Notes: a model not told the origin generated them from the sequence alone. A stretch of 16,882 bases of DNA from an uncultured archaeon (GCA_964447495.1 CAYUTF010000058.1:1-16882); one strand, 5' to 3'; positions 7,308-15,985 are shown, counted from the first letter of the stretch. Program-made: numbers and translations.

Positions 7308-8576
7308 ATGATCACCCAAGAGATTATACCCTATCCTGTAGTTCCCTACAAGAAACTATTTCCGAGCTCAATTGATGCCTTTTTAGAGCTTTTTGAAGGA
7401 ATACTTGATAGTGAGAGTATGGAATATGGAATGAACCTAGAATTTGTCATCGATAACAGGATCGATAATCCAAAAGTGAGCCCTGTTCTCCGATTGGCCA
7501 AGTCACATGAAGCTAAATTCATAACTCAGATTTGTAAAGAAGTTTATCAGCACACTTATCCTTATAAAGAGTTAATGGACGAAAAAACAATTCAAGACAT
7601 GATTAGAAGCCCTGAACATCATTTCATCTTGTTTTTAGTGGAAGATCAAGTAGTGGGATGCTTTCGCTGTGCGCTAGATTTTTCTCAAAAGAAAGGGTAT
7701 ATGGGCGGATTCATGCTTAAAAGTCCTTATCATGGTACCATCGATGTGGTAAAAGCCATCATTGGTTCTTATGTATGGATGTGGAACACTTTTAAGGATG
7801 AGATTTTAGTATGGTACTGCGAAAATCGGACAGCGCATGCGGCTTCCCAGTATATAACAGCTGTATGTGGTATTCACACCATAGCCCTCTTTCCGAATAA
7901 GGATGTATTCTACAATGAAATTGAATCAGATGTCATGGGCATCACGTATCAGAAGCATGTTCTTCCTAGGTTGCGAAGGAGTAAACATCCATGCTTGATT
8001 GAGAATGTGATCGATTGTTATTTATATGCAGATAGGCTCTACAATTTAGGTAATTTCAATTTAGTATCATGCGATCTTAAAGTTGACACGCGAAAAATAC
8101 AGGATTTACAAAAAAGAGTCGTGATCTCATGTACAAGAGATACACATGATTATCAGCATATTCGATTTTCTATAGAGGCAAATAATGCTTCATTTACTTT
8201 TCTACACACCCCTCATATTCAAAATTGCGAAAAAATTACTTATCATGTCTCTTCCAATGAAGAATTATTCGTTTTTATGGAATATTTTAGAGATTACATG
8301 AAAGAGCATCAAGTAAGATATAGTGAAATCTTTGTGTCTGCATATAAACCCCATTTTCAGAAGATATTAATCGAGTTTGGTTTTAAGGCAAGGGGATATG
8401 TACCTTGTTGGAAGTATCATAATAAACACCATTGTTTTGAGGACCATATCCTCTTTAACTATTATGAAGGTGAATTGAGAAATATCGATCTTCTTCCTGA
8501 AGGGCTGCAATTATTTGAGATCATTGGTCTCAATAAAATTGAAAGTGAAGGCTTGAACTTAAGAGAAATTTATTAA
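7308..8576 (+). CDS. Tandem GNAT-fold N-acyl/acetyltransferase-like protein
   Basis: GNAT pattern LRLAKSHEAKFITQICKEVYQHTYPY...LVEDQVVGCF...GYMGGFMLKSPYHG and CENRTAHAASQ. A second GNAT-like C-terminal end reads FQKILIEFGFKARGYVP. Confidence 0.75.
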   Translation: MITQEIIPYPVVPYKKLFPSSIDAFLELFEGILDSESMEYGMNLEFVIDNRIDNPKVSPVLRLAKSHEAKFITQICKEVYQHTYPYKELMDEKTIQDMIRSPEHHFILFLVEDQVVGCFRCALDFSQKKGYMGGFMLKSPYHGTIDVVKAIIGSYVWMWNTFKDEILVWYCENRTAHAASQYITAVCGIHTIALFPNKDVFYNEIESDVMGITYQKHVLPRLRRSKHPCLIENVIDCYLYADRLYNLGNFNLVSCDLKVDTRKIQDLQKRVVISCTRDTHDYQHIRFSIEANNASFTFLHTPHIQNCEKITYHVSSNEELFVFMEYFRDYMKEHQVRYSEIFVSAYKPHFQKILIEFGFKARGYVPCWKYHNKHHCFEDHILFNYYEGELRNIDLLPEGLQLFEIIGLNKIESEGLNLREIY

Positions 8577-8649
8577 GTTTAAGAGCTACAAATTTTTTAA
8601 AGACTTAATCAAAGGTTTTTCTTATTTAAATTTAGAAATTTTGTGAAAT

Positions 8650-8675
8650 TAAAAAAGTATTAAAAAAGAAAAAAG
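8650..8675 (-). terminator. Oligo-T archaeal-type terminator downstream of the PP-loop gene
   Basis: Three A5-6 runs on the + strand (T runs on the - strand) start a few nt after the stop codon at 8682. Confidence 0.4.
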
Positions 8676-8681
8676 TTATTT

Positions 8682-9845
8682 CTACTTTTTAGAATTTATC
8701 AATTCAATATTCTGTAGAATCTTATTTTTATTAGGATCATTATTTCTAAATCGAATTATTGATTCCAAAATTTCGTCTTTTGAACATCCTATCGTTTTAA
8801 GAAATCTTTCAATGCCTTCAGCATTAAATGTGCCTTTATATATTGAATGAGCTATTCTTTTATACAATCTCAACCATTTTCTTCGATTTACTTGACGGAC
8901 TCGATCGTCAGGAGTTTGTCTTACAAGTTCAGCATATTGTAAAGCATAGGTAAGTCCCCCATAACGATAGAAGTCGTACATTGCGGCAGCTTTAACAACA
9001 TGACAATTCGTTAGAATAGGATCTGCTTTTCCTTTTTGAATGAATCCCTTAGTTTCCACGGTTTCAATTATTTTATTCTCGTCATATTCCATAACATGGT
9101 AAGGTAAGATTATTCTTGGCATATCCCCTATTGAAATTTTTTCATTGTTGATGAACATCTCCCTATCCTTCTTCGTAAATGGAGCTAAATCAACAAATAT
9201 TGGTTTCCATTCATTTAAAGCCTCAATTCGGGGGATTTCATAGAAAAATCTCTTAATTTGATCAGGAGAATAACCAAAAAACACATATGGAATATCTCGT
9301 TTTATTGCTTCGTTAACAATGATACTATGGATTAAATCACTACATTTATCGCACACGTTCACCGTCAGAGAAATTGTATCCGACTCATGATTAAAAAATA
9401 GCCACCGATATAGCCTCGTGAAGCTTTTTGCTGCATCTTCAAAAAATAGATGATGTTCTTCAATATTCATTTTTTTCAGTGTATCCTTAATATTTTGCTT
9501 TGCAACTTCGGTCATAAATCCTGTATCAATTGTGATTGCTAATACATTCAATTGAAGCTCATTCATCAAATAATCGAGTAAAGCTGTTGAGTCTTTACCA
9601 CCTGAATACCCTAATACACAATGATACTTCTTTTTTCTTGGGGAACTCTGTAGTCTCTGTATCACACTATTCCAATCATTAAGCTTTTGATGTCTTAGAT
9701 CACTATCAATTTGTACCTTCGACCAGTTTTCATTTTTATGATTTGGATTATTACAGTAATCACAGAGCCCCTCATCATTCAACTTTAATCCTAAAAATCC
9801 ATTTGGAATAATGCAATTTCTGCAAAAATGTTCTTGTTTTATCAT
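8682..9845 (-). CDS. PP-loop (adenine nucleotide alpha hydrolase) ATP pyrophosphatase, N-acetyl-sugar amidotransferase/WbpG-like, with an N-terminal Cys4 Zn site
   Basis: N-terminal CRNC-x16-CDYC. PP-loop YHCVLGYSGGKDS, followed by LAITIDTGF, an internal CDKC, FFGYS and TNC. Confidence 0.85.
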   Translation of the reverse strand: MIKQEHFCRNCIIPNGFLGLKLNDEGLCDYCNNPNHKNENWSKVQIDSDLRHQKLNDWNSVIQRLQSSPRKKKYHCVLGYSGGKDSTALLDYLMNELQLNVLAITIDTGFMTEVAKQNIKDTLKKMNIEEHHLFFEDAAKSFTRLYRWLFFNHESDTISLTVNVCDKCSDLIHSIIVNEAIKRDIPYVFFGYSPDQIKRFFYEIPRIEALNEWKPIFVDLAPFTKKDREMFINNEKISIGDMPRIILPYHVMEYDENKIIETVETKGFIQKGKADPILTNCHVVKAAAMYDFYRYGGLTYALQYAELVRQTPDDRVRQVNRRKWLRLYKRIAHSIYKGTFNAEGIERFLKTIGCSKDEILESIIRFRNNDPNKNKILQNIELINSKK

Positions 9846-9997
9846 TTTATCATCTAAAAATTGATGTTTGTAGGTTATATAATATATTTTAATCCGACCT
9901 TTTTAAAGAAAAAAAATCTCACTTAAATTTTTCTTTTAAAAATAATAGCTAATTTCTTTCGATAACAATGAAAAATACAAATTAGAGATATTAAGAA
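9846..9997. promoter_or_regulatory. Divergent promoter region between the PP-loop gene and the YghO-like gene
   Basis: 152-nt head-to-head gap. TATA-like TTATATAATATAT at 9875-9887 lies about 30 nt upstream of the minus-strand ATG, consistent with a leaderless mRNA. Confidence 0.45.
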
Positions 9998-11164
9998 ATG
10001 CAACAAATTAATCAAAGAAAGATAAAATTATATGGTAATCCTCAAGTTTCAGAATCAAAAAATCTAAATGAAATAAAGGAAGCGTTAGAACATACTTTAT
10101 ATGTTCCAGAGAGGAAATTAAAATCCAAAATTATTGGAGAATTATTAAATTATCTGGATTTAAAATTTCAGAAGAAAAGCTACCCTATTACGTCATTTAT
10201 AGCCCTAAGAGATTCAGAGATTTGCGGGTTTGTAATCTGTCAAATTGATCCTTATTATACTAGTTATGGAAGAAAGTGTGGAACATTTGGGTGGATATAT
10301 GCTGATTCACTAGAAACTTGCGATCTTCTGATGAGGGAATGTGCTCAATTTACACGATTATATAAAGCTCGGAAATTAAGAGGTCCAATTAATTGTCCAA
10401 AAAGTCTTGGGGGGATAGGTTATCAAGTTATGGGATTTGAAGAACCAATGCTTTATGGGGTTGCTTTTAACGATCCAAAATCCAAAGTTTTAAAGTACCT
10501 TGCTCAATTAGGCTACGTGAAGGAATCGCAGTATTCCTGTGTCCGCGTGGAACAAAAAACTTGGAAAAATGGTAAAAAGATTGATAAAGATATTGTCTTG
10601 AGATACACTAACTTGGAAGGAATTATTGAAAGAAAAGATGAGATCCTTAACTTGGGCAAAAATTCTTTTCATGATATCTTGCCTGATGCATCTGGAAGAG
10701 ATGAACGCTTTAATGAATTTATTTATGCGTTTACTCAAATTCCGGATTCAACTCGCAAACTTTATGAAGACTTTAAGCCGCGAGAATATTCTAATAATCC
10801 TCATTTTATTGAAGCATGGGAGAATTGTGATCTCGGTAATTTAGAAGTGTTCGCCCCCATGGCATTTGATAGATATACGGGAGAGTTGGTGGGAATTTTA
10901 CTTGGATTGCCAAATTTATATGAAGCATGGAGTGGAAACCCAATTACTCGCTGTAACGTGGATACCGCAATGGTACGGCGAGATTATACTGGCAAGGGTA
11001 TCTTTTCTGCATTAAATAATATCGGACAGCAAACAGCCAGGCAGTTTGGTATCACCTATTTTGAAGGTACCACGATTTGGTCCAACAACTCTCTTGCTAT
11101 AGATACTATTTTTCCTCATTGTACTCTAATAAGGAAGCATTATATTCTACAAAAGCGAGTATAG
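9998..11164 (+). CDS. Double-GNAT acyltransferase, YghO / bacterial ceramide synthase-like family
   Basis: Motifs FIALRDSEICGFV, CGTFGW, RGPIN, GYQVMGFEEP, FNDP...LGYVK, GELVGILLGLPNL, the acyl-CoA-binding motif VRRDYTGKGI and EGTTIWSNN. These follow the YghO-type pattern (GFF/GPxN/GF..PP/N/GY.K ... PD.N ... G.G ... W..E.N). Confidence 0.75.
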   Translation: MQQINQRKIKLYGNPQVSESKNLNEIKEALEHTLYVPERKLKSKIIGELLNYLDLKFQKKSYPITSFIALRDSEICGFVICQIDPYYTSYGRKCGTFGWIYADSLETCDLLMRECAQFTRLYKARKLRGPINCPKSLGGIGYQVMGFEEPMLYGVAFNDPKSKVLKYLAQLGYVKESQYSCVRVEQKTWKNGKKIDKDIVLRYTNLEGIIERKDEILNLGKNSFHDILPDASGRDERFNEFIYAFTQIPDSTRKLYEDFKPREYSNNPHFIEAWENCDLGNLEVFAPMAFDRYTGELVGILLGLPNLYEAWSGNPITRCNVDTAMVRRDYTGKGIFSALNNIGQQTARQFGITYFEGTTIWSNNSLAIDTIFPHCTLIRKHYILQKRV

Positions 11165-11168
11165 TTAT

Positions 11169-14100
11169 TTATTCTATATTATTTTCAGTTATTTCGGATG
11201 CATCCAATTTTGGTTTCAAAGGTGGATATATAGGCTCAAATTTTTCATTAAACAATTTGGAATTCATCCAAATTTTATCAATAGGATTCCAATTTAAATT
11301 AATTATCGGATTATAATCATTTTTCAAGTCAACATCATTGAATAATTGACTAAGGAAGTGGTTTCCATCAACTAATTCAGTGATAAGTAAGACATGTGAA
11401 ATTCCTAAATAGGTAAAAATTCTAGATAAATATTCAATAAAATCACTAATATCAATATCGGGAAACCAAATTTTAATATATAATCCATGTTCAAATGATT
11501 TTACCTTTAAAAATGAATGTAAATAATATTCTCCTTCAATTTCATGAATATGAACCTTATTAAAAAACCGGAAGATATCTAAAATGGGTCTTATAGCTGT
11601 TTCATTAATAGAAGGAATAATAAAAACTACATTTTGATGAAGATTAAGATTTGAAGTTTTAACATTAAACATTCCTATTTTCTTTTTAATGAATGAATTC
11701 ACTTTAGCATAAACATCCTCATCTTTAGGTAAAGAACCAATATATTTTAAATTCCGAGTCTTATGAGGATAAATAGATACCAATTCAGTGAATTCAGAGC
11801 TATAAGGCGCAAAATTTTCCTTCTTAATTTTTTCTAAAATTGTAATGATCTTATAATTTGCTTTAGGATTAATTTTTTGTTTATTAAATAATATTTCTTG
11901 GACATAAGTTAAGAAAAGACTGAAATCCAAGTTCCAAATTGCTTTCTTATCCTCAATTTCTACATTTTGAAAAACATTATGAAGTAAATAGACTTTCTTA
12001 ATCGTAAAAAGACAATATTCACTAATATTTTTCTTTGAAAATAATAACCAATTGATGTAACTTAAATTTGGATTGTTAAAGGGGAAAACATACTTTATAA
12101 AGAAAATATATGAAGATTTTGATACTTCTGAGAACTTAAGTGATTGAAAAGTGTTCGATAAAAGTAATTTAAAATCTATTTCCGCCATATCCATTGGTCG
12201 AAAATATAAATAATATTTTTGTAATCCAAAGTGAGAAAGAAAAGGCTCAAATTTTATTGATTTGATGTAATGGGAAAAAATGCTGTCCTTTTTTAAATTG
12301 GACCAATAACTTTTATCCTCGAAAGCGGGCTCTATTTTAGTAAGAATGTGAGTTAATTTTTTAAAATCTTCGTAAATAATATCTTCTTGATCCCTATTAG
12401 AATTAACTTCTTCAATCAAATATTTTAAAGTGGTTCTTTTGAATAAATTTTTAACAGGAATGTTCCATTCTGTCTCTTTAAATAAGGGAATATTTTTTCC
12501 GAAGAGCTTTCGGCTATAAAGTAGATATTGTTCAAATAGAGCGGATGTATAAAAAAATTCTTTGTTAATAAAGTCATAAAAATTTCGTCTTGTAAATGCT
12601 TCGGTTATTCCAGAAAATAGTACTTTATTGCAACTTATTAAATTTCCTTGAAATAAATGGTGAAATGTTGTAATAAAATCACTTAATTCATTTATATCCA
12701 TATGGGGTAAATTCAATAAACAGTAAATGATATTCTGTTTCGAATCATCACATTTAATTTCCAAATAAGATAATCGAGGGGTTTCCATAGCTAAATCCTG
12801 TATTTTAGAAAGAACTTCGGGAGTTGAGTTTAACAAGAAAATAAATATATTTTTTTCCACAATAAGAGTCACTAATGAATTTGTCAATTGTGGTTGGATT
12901 ATAGGAGGGGACTTATTTACAAATTTCTCCAATCGCGATTCAACCTCGTTACTCGTTATATCCCCCGGTAATATTTCAGCATACACATCTTCAATTTTTT
13001 TTTTCTTTTCTTTATAAATCGACCTGAATAGTTTAGGATCTTGAATAATATTTCTAATAGAGGAAATATCATATAGTTTTAATTCCATACATATTTCTAA
13101 TAGCTTCAAGAGGATACTATAGTTATGTGCTTTCTGGAGAAATTTATTTTGTGAATTTAAATATAATGGATATAGATTTTGAATAAGAAACGCTTTCATT
13201 TTTGAATTCTTTAAAATAAGATTTTTATCTAAGGATGAAGATAATCCTTGATTCTCAATACGATTAATTAATTCTGATATTGGCATTTTTTTTTGATTTT
13301 CCTTTAGAAAGCTCCTAAGTTGTTCTATTATACTGCAAATTTGAGAAACATAATTATAGATGATAAAGAAACCGTCTTTTTGATTTTTCACGATGAAATC
13401 TGTACATGTGTTCCTTAATTCAGAATTTTGTGAAATTTCTTTTAACAAATTCCTAAGATCACTGATGATTCTTTTTTGTTTTGACAACTCATTTAAAAGA
13501 TCGTCTTTTAAACTAGAAAGTGTTGACTCACGCCTTTCGAAGCTAAAACCAGTTAAAGAAAGCTGGCGAGCTCTTTCAATAATTAGAAAATCAAATAATG
13601 ATAACTCAGACATAAAGGTTGCATCAATATATTCTAATTCAGAATTTAAAACAAGCTTTTTGTTGTATTGTTTCACAAATGATGGAACAAATTTCTCAAC
13701 TTCTGCATTATCTAAATAATAGTTTAGATTATAAAATGATTTACCTTTTAAGATTGGAAACAAATCTGCAATTAATAAATAACCGCTTTCTTTTAACTTG
13801 ATTAAAAAATCTCTTAAATCTTGCAAATATGAGTTAGGAATGATAAAATATCCGAAATACTCCTTTGAAAATCCAGTCGGTAGGAATTGAGATATTAAAT
13901 TAAAGGGTAGTTGCGATAAAAATTTATCAATCTTAAACCATGGGAGGATTGGATGAAAACGTATATGAATATACAAAAATGAGATATTTATCGCGTTCCA
14001 ATTTAATAAGTAAATTGGAGAACAATACGAATATTGACTTAACCATCTTACATTTGAAATAAAAGCTCTTAATGATAATGAGGTATGAAGTATTCCCTTT

Positions 14101-14801
14101 TCTTTAAATTGCTTAAAATATTTTTGATAATCTAAAAGTGCCCGATAACTTTTTACTTTATTGAAGATAATATTCAAAACCCTAATGGTTTCTAATAAGT
14201 TTTCATTTTCTCCATACACTTGTTTTAAACTTTTCATGTGAATACGGATTAAAACGCGATAAAGATACTCATATGACACTTCAGAATCAAGGGTACGAAG
14301 AAAATGAAAAAGAGTTGATATGAGGCTCCTTTCGGAATTTGGATATTTAAATTGTAAAAATTTTTTCACTGAATCATATTGAAATGTGAAGAATTGACTA
14401 TATACATTTATTTTACGTACTTGCTCTTTCCATTCATCAATGTATTCATAACGCGAAAGATCTAATTCAATGAGCATATAGATAAAAAAATGCATCTGAA
14501 TGTTATTTCTCAAAGACTCTTTAAGAAAACAAAAATACGCTTCTCTTAATAGAATTATTGGTATAAAGTGTGGAAATTTCTTAGAAATTCTAATAAGTAA
14601 TCTATTATCTTGATATTTTTCTCTTAGTACTAAACCCAGAGGACTTAATAACTCTGATTCAAATATATCCTCCTCTCCTAGAATTATCTTGACATTCCGT
14701 GCAATAGGATTAAGATTTATTCTTCTAGATATTAGTTCTAAATATTTTTCAAATATGTCTTGAATCTCATCGATTTTAAAATTTGCTATTAGATTTTCCA
14801 C
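11169..14801 (-). CDS. Very large (1210 aa) hypothetical protein with repeated Lrp/AsnC-like (wHTH + ferredoxin-like) modules and an N-terminal degenerate zincin-like helix
   Basis: Long ORF with a GTG start and AGGGGA upstream. It has repeated Lrp-linker-like segments (SPIYLLNWNAINISFLYIHI; IKFEPFLSHFGLQKYYLYF; FNVKTSNLNLHQNVVFII) and an N-terminal ILLREAYFCF. The CDS is certain; the domain call is moderate. Confidence 0.7.
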   Translation of the reverse strand: MENLIANFKIDEIQDIFEKYLELISRRINLNPIARNVKIILGEEDIFESELLSPLGLVLREKYQDNRLLIRISKKFPHFIPIILLREAYFCFLKESLRNNIQMHFFIYMLIELDLSRYEYIDEWKEQVRKINVYSQFFTFQYDSVKKFLQFKYPNSERSLISTLFHFLRTLDSEVSYEYLYRVLIRIHMKSLKQVYGENENLLETIRVLNIIFNKVKSYRALLDYQKYFKQFKEKGILHTSLSLRAFISNVRWLSQYSYCSPIYLLNWNAINISFLYIHIRFHPILPWFKIDKFLSQLPFNLISQFLPTGFSKEYFGYFIIPNSYLQDLRDFLIKLKESGYLLIADLFPILKGKSFYNLNYYLDNAEVEKFVPSFVKQYNKKLVLNSELEYIDATFMSELSLFDFLIIERARQLSLTGFSFERRESTLSSLKDDLLNELSKQKRIISDLRNLLKEISQNSELRNTCTDFIVKNQKDGFFIIYNYVSQICSIIEQLRSFLKENQKKMPISELINRIENQGLSSSLDKNLILKNSKMKAFLIQNLYPLYLNSQNKFLQKAHNYSILLKLLEICMELKLYDISSIRNIIQDPKLFRSIYKEKKKKIEDVYAEILPGDITSNEVESRLEKFVNKSPPIIQPQLTNSLVTLIVEKNIFIFLLNSTPEVLSKIQDLAMETPRLSYLEIKCDDSKQNIIYCLLNLPHMDINELSDFITTFHHLFQGNLISCNKVLFSGITEAFTRRNFYDFINKEFFYTSALFEQYLLYSRKLFGKNIPLFKETEWNIPVKNLFKRTTLKYLIEEVNSNRDQEDIIYEDFKKLTHILTKIEPAFEDKSYWSNLKKDSIFSHYIKSIKFEPFLSHFGLQKYYLYFRPMDMAEIDFKLLLSNTFQSLKFSEVSKSSYIFFIKYVFPFNNPNLSYINWLLFSKKNISEYCLFTIKKVYLLHNVFQNVEIEDKKAIWNLDFSLFLTYVQEILFNKQKINPKANYKIITILEKIKKENFAPYSSEFTELVSIYPHKTRNLKYIGSLPKDEDVYAKVNSFIKKKIGMFNVKTSNLNLHQNVVFIIPSINETAIRPILDIFRFFNKVHIHEIEGEYYLHSFLKVKSFEHGLYIKIWFPDIDISDFIEYLSRIFTYLGISHVLLITELVDGNHFLSQLFNDVDLKNDYNPIINLNWNPIDKIWMNSKLFNEKFEPIYPPLKPKLDASEITENNIE

Positions 14802-15216
14802 AATTTTTTCTCTATCCCCTAACCTTTAATTTAAATATTAACTATAAATCTTCTCACTTCAATTCTTGATTTCCATTTAATTAATAATAAATATAAAACT
14901 TTTGTTGTTGCTTTTTGATTTTTACAAAAAACATCATTTTGATGATTTTTTTACCCCAGAAATTCTAATATTTTATAATATATGAGCCTCCAAAGTAAAA
15001 ATAGATACTCTTACCATTATACTAGATTCAAAAAATTGAATAATTCTTTTAAAACTAAACGAGTGAGTTAAATTTATGGAGAGATATTTCATTATATATT
15101 AAAGAGATATTTTTGGGTGGACGCAAATCTCAGTGATGATTAATTTTTTACATTACCATGAATACTATGAAGATAGAATGGTATAAATCTAAATTTACAG
15201 ATAAACCACAAGTTAA

Positions 15217-15702
15217 ATGAAGAAGCAAGAAAAAGCACGTGATCGTCCATATATACCTGATTATGGCATAGAAGAATCAGATAACGGATTACTAGGTTGG
15301 GATTTTGTACAAAATGAGATGAAGGATGCAAAGATTTACTGGTTAAGTACTACAAAATCAGATAGTCGTCCCCATGCAATTCCTACTTGGGGATCCTGGA
15401 TTAATGATGATTTTTATTTTGGGGGAGGTTCAGAAACACAAAATCGTAAAAATTTAGCTGAAAATCCCTATATTGTTGTCCACTCTGAAAGTGGGACTAA
15501 GGTTGTTATAATAGAAGGGAAGGTATCAATTGAGAAAAATGAAAATCTAATTAAGGAGATTAAAAAGGATTATATGAGAAAATACAATTTAGATCATCCT
15601 CCTCCATTTTATCGGGTAAACAAAATTAAGATTTTTTGTTGGGATATGAATGATTATGCAGGAACCCCAACACGATGGAAATTTATCGAAATAAAAGAAT
15701 GA
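15217..15702 (+). CDS. Pyridoxamine 5'-phosphate oxidase-like (split beta-barrel FMN/F420-binding) protein
   Basis: YWLSTTKSDSRPHAIPTWG...FYFGG...NRKNLAENPYIVVH...VVIIEG...YMRKY is the typical PNPOx-like signature. Confidence 0.9.
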   Translation: MKKQEKARDRPYIPDYGIEESDNGLLGWDFVQNEMKDAKIYWLSTTKSDSRPHAIPTWGSWINDDFYFGGGSETQNRKNLAENPYIVVHSESGTKVVIIEGKVSIEKNENLIKEIKKDYMRKYNLDHPPPFYRVNKIKIFCWDMNDYAGTPTRWKFIEIKE

Positions 15703-15765
15703 ATGGATATTGGAAAAATTTGATTTTGATTACTGAATTTTGCAACTATCCATATTTTTTTGTTT
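15703..15765 (+). terminator. Imperfect hairpin plus T-run directly after the PNPOx-like gene
   Basis: ATGGATA (15703-15709) pairs with TATCCAT (15747-15753), with imperfect inner arms TTGGAAAAATT / AATTTTGCAA. T7 follows at 15755-15761. Confidence 0.45.
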
Positions 15766-15792
15766 AAATAATATGCTGTATTTATTAATTTT

Positions 15793-15871
15793 AGAAAAGA
15801 AAAATAAAGTCTTTGTAAGATAACCCTCAACGTCTCCTCAAATATCTTCTCAACTTTATTTTTTCTTTTCT
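15793..15871. repeat. Long intergenic inverted repeat/hairpin with a C-rich loop
   Basis: AGAAAAGAAAAATAAAGT (15793-15810) pairs with ACTTTATTTTTTCTTTTCT (15853-15871, one extra T). An inner stem is formed by AAGATA (15817-15822) and TATCTT (15843-15848). Confidence 0.7.
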
Positions 15872-15945
15872 CATATAATAGCCTTAAAAATAGCTCTCTT
15901 TTATTGTTATATGTAAAAATGAAATAAAATTATAATATTCTAATC

Positions 15946-15985
15946 TTTAAATAAAGTCTATTCTTTTACTTCCTAATATTAGGAA
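15946..15985 (+). promoter_or_regulatory. TATA box plus perfect 16-bp palindromic operator upstream of the MFS gene
   Basis: TTTAAATA at 15946-15953. TTCCTAATATTAGGAA at 15970-15985 is its own reverse complement and covers the expected transcription start. Confidence 0.65.

Noticed and set aside
9900-9942. Imperfect A/T inverted repeat in the divergent promoter
   Set aside because: Made almost entirely of A and T runs, so it carries little information.
14982-15071. 29-aa basic ORF MSLQSKNRYSYHYTRFKKLNNSFKTKRVS (+)
   Set aside because: No SD or motif, and its composition mirrors AT-rich background. It cannot be supported without conservation data.
15158-15220. 20-aa uORF overlapping the PNPOx-like start (ATGA)
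   Set aside because: Too short, with no RBS; expected by chance.
15793-15871. Hairpin considered as a SECIS element or CRISPR repeat
   Set aside because: It lacks a properly placed AUGA/GA quartet, there is no in-frame UGA selenoprotein candidate nearby, and there is no repeat-spacer array.
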